A DNA stretch of 63,985 nucleotides, filler included, from Collodictyon triciliatum (lineage: Eukaryota): assembly GCA_043381765.1 (NCBI GenBank). It is 4 parts of 4 records of this genome, joined end to end, with 100 filler letters (N's around TTAATTAATTAA, not from the genome) between each part and the next. Parts side by side here need not be neighbours in the genome. Positions count along the whole stretch, not along the records: positions 1 to 20,031 come from JBHJMP010000538.1; 3 more parts are not named here. One strand, given 5' to 3'. Made by a program: the position numbers and the translations under genes. The notes under the pieces are model-generated. The model saw nothing but the letters and a program-made list of their open reading frames with translations, did not search any database and was not told the DNA's origin. Shown here in pieces: positions 1 to 15,419 of this stretch (its first letter is position 1; each line of letters opens with the position of its first letter).

Positions 1-52
<52 letters not shown>

Positions 53-63
53 CACACACACAC
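1..63. repeat. (CA)n microsatellite
   Basis: Direct reading; followed by poly-T tracts at about 118-178. Confidence 0.95.
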
Positions 64-144
64 CTTGGGTAAGCAATAGCAGTCCATCAAGTGCAAATAA
101 ACCTACTCTACACATCCTTTTTTTTTTTTTTTTTTTTTTTTTTA

Positions 145-177
<33 letters not shown>

Positions 178-484
178 CGTTAACAGACATATTTTTGCCT
201 TAGGCTCTGGTTGGTGAATAGCTCGTAACTTTTCCTCACGTTGATTCACGCTGAATCACCCTTACGTATTTTTATGAATAATTTTATCCACTTATATATT
301 ACAATTGTTATAAGTCTTCTTTATTTTTTTTTAAAAAAAAAAAGCATGTCTACATGCACTTTTAAAAAAGAAACAACAGTATGTAGCCTATAAGTTCTTC
401 TATGCCTTAAAAAGGCGTTTGTTTATTTATTTTTCCTCCCTAGTTTTATCAATTCCATAAAGCATCCCAAGATTAGTGATGGCT

Positions 485-3400
485 TCAAACTGGGGTATTG
501 TCGGTCTGGTATGTCATCAGTGGATGCGATAGAATGGACTGAAGCAAAGATATCCAAGAAAGCTGCTCGCTCTTTGTCTCTACCTATATTTCAAAAGTTT
601 GTGTATACTTCAATTAGCGAAAGATGTTTCGGCCATATGCTTTCCATGACAGTATTACATAACGAGAAACAATTCCCTGCAAAGTTGGTGCGAAATGGAA
701 TAGGACAAATATGAATACTTTGATAAAGTATAGCTTTCCGTGGATGTGTAAACTAAATCCAAACATATTATCTCCCGTCTCCCACATCATCACCTTTTCA
801 TATGAACATATATGTCGTTAGAATGCATTTATCTTCATTCGAATAAAGAAATAAACAAACATTTCAGTTTTCCTATGTTCATAAATGATGAGAAATAAAA
901 AAAAAATTGTGTGTGCCTTTGTGCATAGACACCTGTATAATATATCAAAAGAAAAAAAAAAGGGGGATTGGTAAATATTAGTAAAATACGAGAAAGTTTA
1001 TGACCTTGAAATTGGTGTCTAGATTAATGCATCCTGTTTCTTCCTGCATAGTCATGTCCTTATACCTGACAAGCTGTTTTGTGTCTCTGTTCAGGACAAA
1101 GTATCGCTTTTCCCAACCTTTGTAAAAGTTTTTTGTTCGGTAGTGCACTTTCCCTTGAAGCCTTGGGATGGATAATGACAGGCCTTTGTCTGATATCGCC
1201 AGTTTTCTGCATTTCGAACACATGAATCGCTTATTCGTAGAAAACAACGTGTACTCTTCCAAGTATTCCTTCCATGAAGACGGTAAATCTAGGGTATTTA
1301 TGAATAGCACAAATTCAGGAACCAAAGATGCCTGGTAATTCACAGGACTTTGCTTCAATTGGTGGTAAACTCTGGCCTCCTTTTCAGATGCAGCGACATC
1401 GGACGGAGCAAATCGTCTCGTAAATTCATCCAATATATTATTCATATATTTTGCGATAATCCCACTCCCTTCCAGCATCACAGATGATATACGGTATCCA
1501 GGATGCGCAGTGCGATGACAGCCATGCGGGCTTTCGCAAAGCAGATGCACAGTTATGGTATTTTGCGATGAAGATGACAAAGATTGAGGCGAGGGGATGG
1601 GTAATTGGGAGAAAGAACGAGATGACTGATAAAGCCTTAACTGTGACGGAGAACTTGGAGGAGAGCTTGGGGGAGAGCTTGAAGGGGACGTTGGAGAGGA
1701 CCCTGGAGATTGATGCACATGAGGGTTGTACGATGAGTATCCACTGACCATCTCGACTTGCAGCATCGACGGAACTGCTTTTAGGATTACAGGACGCATC
1801 ACCGTCCTTGAACGAAGCAAGGCAGGATATCCTCGACCTTGCCAAATGGCTATATCGTGTGATTTTTGCTCAACAGAACAATGGAATTCGGTCGCTTCCG
1901 TTTTGACCAACTCTTGATACGACACTGAGCCACATTTTGATATAACACCATGGCCAACAAAACATTTCGGACACATGATTTTGCGACTTGTAATGATTAC
2001 GCCTTCAAATATTTGTATAGAAGACTGAATTCGAGGTAGAAGATGGCCCAAACATTTCAATGAGTTGTCTCCAAATTTTGTTCTGACGTAAATAGTCATT
2101 TTGTTATCATCTATTCGTGCGTGCAAGTAGGCACGACACGGCATAACTTGCTCGTCCTCTTTGAACAGAAAGTCCCCGACATAGTGATTGCCACTGTAAA
2201 ATGTGGCCGACTCTGAATACAAATCACGCGGAGTCTCCTTGTAAAGCACACATATTAATTGAGCAAAGAGAGCTTTTGGAAAAAGGTTAAAAGTTAGCTC
2301 ACATGTGATTTGTGATGATACATCGTCCCCTGGGAGAAGAGACCAGACTTCTGGGGTAGGAACACCAGGGGCAAGGAGGGAAGGGAAAACTTGAAAACGT
2401 TTGTCGTGGGTTTGAAAAGAAAACCGGTATAATTGAAACAAATCAAACACATCATTCACGTATCCTGGGACATACATTTCAAGATGTTGTACGATATCAT
2501 TATTGGAACAAACGCCAAAGCCTCTGGATTTTTGAATAAACTGGATCAACACGTAGCATATGTGCATTAAGAAGCGAGGGCAACATGTCACTGTGCCCGA
2601 CAACCCAGCTTTCTGACTCCAAATAATGGATCCATTTTCTCGAAGGAAGAGGAGGACAGAGTCCACTTTAGTGGTTTTAGAGATACTTTGTACGAGATCT
2701 TGGAACTCTGTATAAGAGTAAATAGGAAACGTTGCGGAACGAGCACGATTTGCGGCAAGTTCTCTGGCTTCCAAATAGACAACAGGGATAACTTGCTGAG
2801 TACTGGGAAGGTGAGCAATAGCAGTTCCAATCAAATCTCGTAGGTGTGCAATCTTTCTGCCAGTCTCATTGCTTACAAAGACATCTGCAATAAGAACAAA
2901 CTTGTCTCGAAACGGGGATACAATCTCACGTAGATCAGCCACTTCCTGGAGTCGCACAGTTTCATTCCGAAGACGTGGGTGATCACAGTTTGTCCCAACC
3001 ACAATCACCTGTGTACCAGAAACAACAGATGCTACCATGGTGGCCCAAGATGCGAGGCAGGACTTTTTGACACCTTTCCCCATGTCATACACCAAAAGCA
3101 CCACATTGCCGGGTGATAAAAACTGGGTGTAGATTGATTGCAGCTCTAATTGGCCACTAAAGTCCCATGCATCCGTCTCTACCTCGTCACCACCCATCGT
3201 TATTCTCAGAGGAAACGTGTAGGTCTTAAAACCAAACGTGGGCCGGCGCTTCATCTTACATGTGCTCTTGAAAGCCTCTTTTGTGTTAATGAGGGATTTA
3301 ATCAGTGTTGTTTTGCCGCAAGCAATATCTCCAAACACGAGGACACGAGCACGAGGCCAGGAAACAGTTTCGTTTTGTGTTATTCGAAGGTATGTCATGA

Positions 3401-3931
3401 TTGATTCCAGTCCTTTTTGGCATATTTGAGTAGGGGGGAACGATATAGGGTTTCCTGATATGTTGCATTGCGAAAGGTTACTTAGACTTCCAAAAGACAA
3501 TGGAAGCTTGGTTACCTGTGCAGAGGAAAATATATAAATAAAGGGGATGACGAGAATGTTTGTAATGATGGATACGATAAAATGACATTTCCATGGACAA
3601 ATAATCCATATCAATGTAGTTGTAACTTTTGAATATGAGTTAATAAAGAAAACTGATAAAATGAGACAAAAGAATAATAGATGAAAAAATGACTGAATGT
3701 GTACATAGATAAAAAAAAAACAGTTAAATGGATGATAGATAAATCAAAATTACAAGATTCGAAGAAATATCAAGCAAACGGAGATTTGACAACAGTCCTA
3801 TGCTCTCTGGTAGTTTAGAAATCTTTTATAAACATAGGTAACCATTAGCGTAATCACGTAAACCTGAATGGGACATAAATGGATGATAGTAACGAAAGCA
3901 GTACTGAACAAAAGGAAACAAGGCAAAGGAA

Positions 3932-4020
<89 letters not shown>

Positions 4021-7000
4021 ACAAGAAAAGGGGAAAGCCAAATAAACATAAAAACAGAAAAACAGAAAAACAGAAAAACAGAAAAACAGAAAAACAGAAA
4101 AACAGAAAAAGAAAAAAAGAAAAAAAGAAAAAGAAGGATGAACCTGATTCCGAGACAGATCTAGGGACGTTATTTGAGTCATTTTTAGGACGGGGTTTGG
4201 GATGATTTCCCATTCCATACTATGAAAAGTTAGGGATAATGTTGAGGGGTCAAAGTTTTCCCAAAAATCTATGATTGGCTGAGGTATGGGATTATTGGAC
4301 AAATTGATATCCAGTTTACGAAAGATTCCACTGCATTCTGGTGATTCAGTAATCTAGAATTTCCGTGATGATGAATAATGAGCGATTAAGACAAACGATT
4401 TTCATGATGGGATTAAGAAATGAGTCAGGAGGTTTAACTGTCAAAGACTCATGCCGTTTGCAGATTAAGAAAAAAAATTAAACTAGATATAGGAAGGGTA
4501 TATGAATATTGGGCAAAACCTGATTATATGACACGTCTATGTAAGATAAGTTTGTAAGAGAGCTAATCCAATGCGGTATTTTATGGATCTAAAATAATTT
4601 TCGACACAAGTATACAATATGTCATTTTTCAGATTTTTTGAAGCGTATTTTTTTTGTATAGCTTGTAATTAACGTTACCTGATTATGTGAAAGTCGGAGG
4701 TCACACAAGCTGTACATTTCAGAGACGAATTCGGGGATTTCACTTATCTGTGTTACAATGAGACTATGTGTTAGACAAAGAGATATACATATAAACAATT
4801 GTTGATATACCATATTGTTGGCCATATCAATCATCCACAGAGCTGGTAACTTAGAAACAGCAAAAGGTAGTTCTGTCATGCGGCTATCATTCAATTGAAG
4901 GCTTCGTTCCAAAAGATTGAAGGATGACCAAACTGCTCCTTCAAGCGGATCAAGACTCAGATCATTCAAGTTCAAGCACTTGAGTTGAGTCATGGTATTC
5001 ATCCGAGGAATATTTGATATCTTACGCATCAATTTAAATATAAAATTCAATCCATCAGTAGGATGTACAAATTAAAAAAAAAAGTGAAATCTTGGGAAAT
5101 AAATTCATGATCGTAACATATAATCATAATCATACTTTTAGTCGGGATAAGTAAGCAATCGTAATTGTAATAATATAGCTACGATGAAAGCAAATAAGAT
5201 CATACGGGATTATTTGAGCAATCAAGAATGCAAAGGTTTGTCATGTTTGTCATAAAATCCGGTATTTCAATCAGCTGTTATAAATTATTTTGAGTCACGA
5301 TTCAAATTATATATAAAGTTGTGTTGTATGATGATAACATTCGTTTTACCATATTTGATGAAATATTCAACGACGATAAGGGAAATTTCGTAATAAATGA
5401 CGGCAAACTCGAAATCTGTTGCATAATTTCTTTCAAAATTGATAGGTTTGCACAAATAATTCATTTAAAATAACATATGGTGGTTAATGTTTTTATAGCG
5501 AAAAAATATCGTGATATCACCAATTTTAGGCAGGGTCAACTATCACAATTTTGAAAATAATTGACCAACTAGTTAATTCACCCTATTTCCTGAGAAATTT
5601 ATATCTTTAAGCTCACGGACGACGTAAAGCTCCGGATATATATGTTCGATTCCTCGAGATACGATCGATATCGAATCTTTTGTGGTGTTCACAGTTGAAC
5701 AAACAATTTTTATAAATTCGGACAAGGGATTGCCCTCCACTAATAATACACTCATTTTTGTCAAAGGAGATATTTCTGGTATAGAGCTTATCTATTAATT
5801 TATACGTATCATTAATTAACTTATTGGAGTCTAATGCATTGATTTTCATACGTATGGCAAAAAAAAAAATTCTTTGAAATTACCAAATTGTAGGATATAT
5901 CGAGGCTTTGCAGATTTGTCAGCATATTAATTTCCTCTGGAATCTCTTCAATCTGTAATATTTTTTTTTATTAAAGAGTGATATAATGGTTATTATCAAT
6001 ATGATGGACAAAAAAAGAGCTTCAAAATTGTTGGGCACCGCTTGATTTGATAAATGATAAATTAAAATATCTGCTTCCTCAAATAAATGTACCTTATTGT
6101 TCGATATATTGAACACTGCAAGTTCTCGAATGTGGTTAATCGCCGTAGGAATGAAAAAAATCTATAAAAACACGTCGATCAATTTTTAGAAAACTCAGCA
6201 TAAATTTTCCCTTTTTAGCAGTATATAATATATAACCGATAATCATCTAACGTTCGAAATGAAAGTAGCAGAAACAATTTTAATACCTCATTATGGGACA
6301 AATCAAGAGTCTTGATTGTTGAGAGCAAGAAAAAATCCAATGGCAGAGAATTGATCTGATGGTAATAGCGATGCAATATTTAGTTTTATTACTTAAATAT
6401 ATCTGCTGTTATATTTTTGGCAATATATTCAATCACATATTTCCATATTTATTTACCAAATTGTGAGAGAGTGATATGTATGTCAATCCTTGAAGTTCAG
6501 GTATCAGTTTTTCCAACGACCGAACCATTTTCCTGTCCCATAACCCAATCTTTGGATCGATTAGATGAAGACGACGAAGTTCCATATTATTTTGGTAACA
6601 TGGAAGACCAGTAATGCTTTTGATAATACTATGAATCTAATATCAAATTAAAGTTGGCTTAAGGATTTTCGATTGGTATTTGCAAGCACAGGATTTTCAC
6701 TTTCATGCTGATTTTAAACATTTGAATACACTATATTCATTTCTTTTATTTAAAATAATATTTTCATGACACAGCCATCTAATAAGGCGTATAAGGACAA
6801 CTTGTATTATCATTTTGTTTTCTGCAGGAGAATAGTGATACATTTATAGCCAAAAAAAAAACTGCACCAAGCTTTTCAGATCACTTACAGGATTTCCAGT
6901 TATTCGTAGCTTTCTTAGGTTCTTCATAGAAGTTATAGATTCAGGCAACTCGAAAATCTGAAAGAATAGCGTTACAAATTTATATAGAAATATTTAAAAT

Positions 7001-7372
7001 GGCAAGTTCATTGGGGTTCTATAACTGAGATTCCATAAACTGAAGACAATATACCTCATTAAAATGCAATTCAAGCTCAAAAAGTGACTGAAGAACAGAA
7101 ATATTGTAGGGAATCAGCTTCAGCTTTAGATAGTGTAACGATAATTGGTCATTAAGAAATATTGAATTGATTAATATTCCGACCTACTCATATGTAACGC
7201 ACATACAATAATAATTATTTACATTGGTATACGGCTACATCCTGGGTAAAAATTCTTACTTTATTTGATGCCACAGATAGTCTTTCCAGATTAACCAAAC
7301 TCAAAATTACATCTGGGAACGTTGAAAGCTGACCATATTTGCAAAGAAATAAGTAATTTTGATAGTATGACA

Positions 7373-7403
<31 letters not shown>

Positions 7404-7976
7404 CATACATACATACATACATACATACATACATACATACATACATACATACATACATACATACATACATNNNNNNNNNNNNNNNNNNNNNNNNNNNNNN
7501 NNNNNNNNNNNNNNNNNNNNNNNNNNNNNNNNNNNNNNNNNNNNNNNNNNNNNNNNNNNNNNNNNNNNNNACATACATACATACATACATACATACATAC
7601 ATACATACATACATACATACATACATACATACATACATACATACATACATACATACATACATACATAGGCACACATCATGCCAATAGGAATTTAACTTGC
7701 AAAAAAAAATGAGATGAATACGTAGTGGTGCTCCAAATACAGATTCCGCAAAGCTGACAGGAAGACGAGCTGTGGAGGAACTACAGCAATGGTCGGTTCA
7801 GAAGGGCTCAAGTATTCGGCTCTTTGGAGATGATGAAAGCTGCTGTAGCCGCTCCACTCTAGCAGTTCCTTGAAGCGCTGGTTATTTTCCTCCTCCTCCG
7901 GATCTATCTCACAAGACTCTGCCTCGAGGAGATATTCGTCCTCCCACTCCGTAAGACTCTCACTAGGAGAGTCCAT
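485..7976 (-). CDS. Multi-exon Roco-family protein: LRR array - ROC GTPase - COR - Ser/Pro-rich linker - C-terminal PH domain; no kinase
   Basis: Start MDSPSESLTEW (ATG 7976). Many LRR exons (e.g. LSTFPDVILSLVNLERLSVASNK, ISKLPESIGLLSNLRLLDISSNL). Large exon about 3516-1005 has P-loop GDIACGKTT, G3 WDFSGQ, G4 VGTNCD and COR-like sequence. PH: QGKVHYRTKNFYKGWEKRYFVL...FGFSL...EQLSWISLLQSIL, completed by two small exons; stop TGA at 487-485. Confidence 0.88.
7374..7666. repeat. (TACA)n intronic microsatellite containing a 100-N gap
   Basis: Direct reading; lies in intron 1 of the Roco gene. Confidence 0.95.
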
Positions 7977-9635
7977 CCGTATGTCCAGGTGAGGGAAGTA
8001 TGGCGCCTGCAAACCTAGCCTCCCTTCCTGGCAGGGTGAGGTGAGGAGACCGCATTGTTAGTTATGAAGCTTTTGGGATCACTTTTGTTCCGGGCACACG
8101 GTGCGCTTGATAGTAAAGAAAATCACCTCTGTTCCGTTCGACACAAGAAGGTTCTTTATTTTATTTTTTTTGTTTAGTTTTTGGTTTTTTGGTTTTTTTT
8201 GTTTTTTTTTGGTTTTTTTTGGTTTTTTTTGGTTTTNNNNNNNNNNNNNNNNNNNNNNNNNNNNNNNNNNNNNNNNNNNNNNNNNNNNNNNNNNNNNNNN
8301 NNNNNNNNNNNNNNNNNNNNNNNNNNNNNNNNNNNNNNNNNNNNNNNNNNNNNNNNNNNNNNNNNNNNNNNNNNNNNNNNNNNNNNNNNNNNNNNNNNNN
8401 NNNNNNNNNNNNNNNNNNNNNNNNNNNNNNNNNNNNNNNNNNNNNNNNNNNNNNNNNNNNNNNNNNNNNNNNNNNNNNNNNNNNNNNNNNNNNNNNNNNN
8501 NNNNNNNNNNNNNNNNNNNNNNNNNNNNNNNNNNNNNNNNNNNNNNNNNNNNNNNNNNNNNNNNNNNNNNNNNNNNNNNNNNNNNNNNNNNNNNNNNNNN
8601 NNNNNNNNNNNNNNNNNNNNNNNNNNNNNNNNNNNNNNNNNNNNNNNNNNNNNNNNNNNNNNNNNNNNNNNNNNNNNNNNNNNNNNNNNNNNNNNNNNNN
8701 NNNNNNNNNNNNNNNNNNNNNNNNNNNNNNNNNNNNNNNNNNNNNNNNNNNNNNNNNNNNNNNNNNNNNNNNNNNNNNNNNNNNNNNNNNNNNNNNNNNN
8801 NNNNNNNNNNNNNNNNNNNNNNNNNNNNNNNNNNNNNNNNNNNNNNNNNNNNNNNNNNNNNNNNNNNNNNNNNNNNNNNNNNNNNNNNNNNNNNNNNNNN
8901 NNNNNNNNNNNNNNNNNNNNNNNNNNNNNNNNNNNNNNNNNNNNNNNNNNNNNNNNNNNNNNNNNNNNNNNNNNAAGGTAATTTATGAACACTTATTACA
9001 CAGAATACTTACAATATTTTAGAAGACAATGGCAGGCCACAGGCAATCACACAAATTTACGTCACGATAAATCACTGTGGTATTTGGCAGACCGATCGCC
9101 ACAATCAACATCTGATCTTCGATGCGAAATCGGGCGTTTAACGCTATGCAATATCGAAAAACTCAACACAACGCCGCCAGCGAGTTGAAATAAGTCGTAG
9201 ATGGTTGAGGTTGCGTGAGCGTCTGGTTTCTTGTGGAGATCGCGGCTCTCAAGTACAGCGGGGTTCCGATCGGGCCGCTCTTTCTTGTAGTCGGACGGAG
9301 TTTGAAGCTTTGGGTGAGTGGCGAAGGCAACTGTCCAAGAAAGACAGCCACTGGGTCAGCTGAACTGCAGCCTAAAGCGTGTGTTAAAAGAGAGGGAGGG
9401 GGTATATAGGTTATGGGAGACTCTTTCCTTCCTTCCCTTTTTTTTTTGGTCAGAGTTACAGAGTTAATCCTCCACAAACGAGGCTGTCGGCTTTCTTGGC
9501 AGTTTGGTGGGGCCAGTGCCACTTGTTCTTTTCTTTTATTTCGGAGAGGCATAATTATTTATCCCATGCTTCCTGTATTCAGTTAATACATTATCTGAAA
9601 ACGTCAACAACAAATAGTTAAAAGACGCTTTTGGA

Positions 9636-13216
<3,581 letters not shown>

Positions 13217-13518
13217 ACAGAGCCACACACCCCGCCCTGGACTACCGGAAACATTCCATAAAAGGAAAATGACGACATTTCCCATTCTCCACTTTAGTCT
13301 AACAAAAAAAACTCAACCCAGGTAGTTATAGACTCTCCATTCTTCGGTTAGGCTGTTTGATCACACAATCCGCCACGTGGTATTTTTTCCTCATCCACTT
13401 CTGCAGCCGAACACACCGCGCCCAAGCCACTAATCAAAGAGAGATAGAGACAGAAAAAGAGAGGGAAACAAAGCTAACTTATGACCTGATAAACCGTGCC
13501 CTAAAGCGAAGCGAAGAG

Positions 13519-15226
13519 ATGCGTCCCTCTGTTCTATTTGTTGCCCTTGTATCCGCGGCCTTCCTTGTTGCGCCGCTCGTCGCTGCTGCCTCGTCCTCAA
13601 GCTACTCATACAGCACATCCTCGTCCTCGGGTTCGGGTTCCTCTTCCTCCTCGTCTTCCTCGTCCCGCTCGTCCTATTCGTACTCTGCCTCGTCGTCCTC
13701 AGACTCTGGAGCAAAGGCCGCACCAGACCAAGCAGACTCGGAGTCTGATCAGCCTCGACACCTGCCTCTACCCGAAGAGCCATTTCATAATCCGTCGAGT
13801 GTCGCTCACCCTCATGCGCAACACGCCCACCATGAAGAACAACATCACAAGCACTTTCAGCACAATCAAGCCCAGTTCCAGGGACAGTTCCAAGGGCAAA
13901 ACGGCCAGGCTCAATATCAGGCCCAATTCCAAGGCCAGAATGCACCGCGTCGTGATGTTCCCACCGACGGGACCAAGAAACTGGATGGAAACAGAGCACA
14001 ATTCAAGCGCACCTATGCTTCCCAAAATCATCAATCTTCCTCGTCCTCGTCTTCATCTTCCTCGTTCGACTTGAAGCCAAATACACCAGGTGAGACAGTA
14101 ACCCTGATTTCACCATCGCATATATTCTGGAGCCCGTCGGGAACTAGAATCCCTGACTATGGAAGAAATCATTCAATTCTATACCTGCATACCACATTTC
14201 AATATGTTTAAAATCGAAACATATTAGGTGAAAGTGGGGCTGTTGAGGTATAGCTATCCTATCCCATACACGAAATCTATATTACATAATTCGCAGTAAG
14301 GGAGATACAAACGAGGGCTTACAAGCCAAGTCGAAAGCCTCTCGACTTACCCAAATTGATAGGAAGAATAGGAAAATATTCACGCAACTTGATATAGGTG
14401 AATGGAGCTTTCTGCAATTTTAAATATGCAGCCTTCGGTGGGACTGTCGGTTTGTATTATAATATGAAAGATACAATCAGTATAGAGACGGAAAAGTGTC
14501 TCCAATAACGATGAACTTACATCAACATACACGAGAAGAGATCCCACCGTGATACACGTATAAAGTATTCTTCCTCTTCTTAGAAAAATGGCAGATCGAT
14601 GCTGTACAAACGAATGGATTTTACAAGTGCATAATTTCTCGGTAATCTACGTTCCAATTCATACACATTAGTTTCAAAGATAAAGGCTAGTTATCGAGGC
14701 AAACCAAATATATGTACTCACTTCCGTGTATATCAGGCCTCAGGGTCGTACGTATTTAGTTTTTAGCTCCTTTACGGCATCTTTCAAAGGAGTTGGAAAA
14801 TTGACACGTGTGGAGATATGGGTAGCGCTAATATCGCAACCTTTTAGCCCAATAATCATATTACATCCACAATGCTGCGAAACGAATGATGGATTGTAGT
14901 GATATGAATAACTATATTATAGGATGAACAAGGAATTGCGCTGGAGGGAGACACATACATCGTGCGTGGGGAAGAAGGTATGAAGGGGAAGGGGGAAAAA
15001 AGAAAAAGAAAAAGAGCGTAGTATCGCAACAGAATGGTTGCATAACCCCATTTATATATAATCGCGAGACACACATGCCGAAGTCCCTTCTCCCTTTTGT
15101 CTTCTCAAGTTTATCACAATGACCGCAAGCACGATTTAATATTTCTTCCGTTTACTCACAGTCAGCTCTACTACAAAATGGGACGGTCCAGTCTACAAGA
15201 TCGTCCTGGAGAGCAACGTTGATTAG
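13519..15226 (+). CDS. Secreted/ER-lumenal MYDGF (UPF0556/C19orf10)-family protein with long Ser-, His- and Gln-rich N-terminal extension
   Basis: Signal peptide MRPSVLFVALVSAAFLVAPLVAA. Spliced C-terminal domain SFDLKP...FCNFKYAAFGGTVEKWQIDAVQTNGFYKCIISRPQGRTYLVFSSFTASFKG...VYKIVLESNVD* matches the MYDGF pattern (CxFxYAxxGGTxExWQ...CxIxRPQGxxYLxF) with both Cys present. Confidence 0.82.
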
Positions 15227-15419
15227 CACACCCAGACACATATACATAAATCACCATCCTCTCAGGGAAACACAAGACGGACAACGCATCCCACTCGGTC
15301 TTTTTCGTAATGTCTTTATATGACCAATCCTGTGCATGGTTTGCACGGTCTTCATTTCGCTTACAAATGCCAAAGAAATACCCGAAGTTATATCCGACTC
15401 GAGGTCGTTTCCATCCCTA

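Noticed and set aside
3798-4302. Poly-F/poly-K ORFs, and similar repeat- or X-rich ORFs throughout the track
   Set aside because: These are translations of intronic microsatellites and N gaps.
9163-9552. 129-aa minus-strand ORF upstream of SCS-beta
   Set aside because: No recognisable motif, and trial splicing gives early stops; cannot be supported as a gene.
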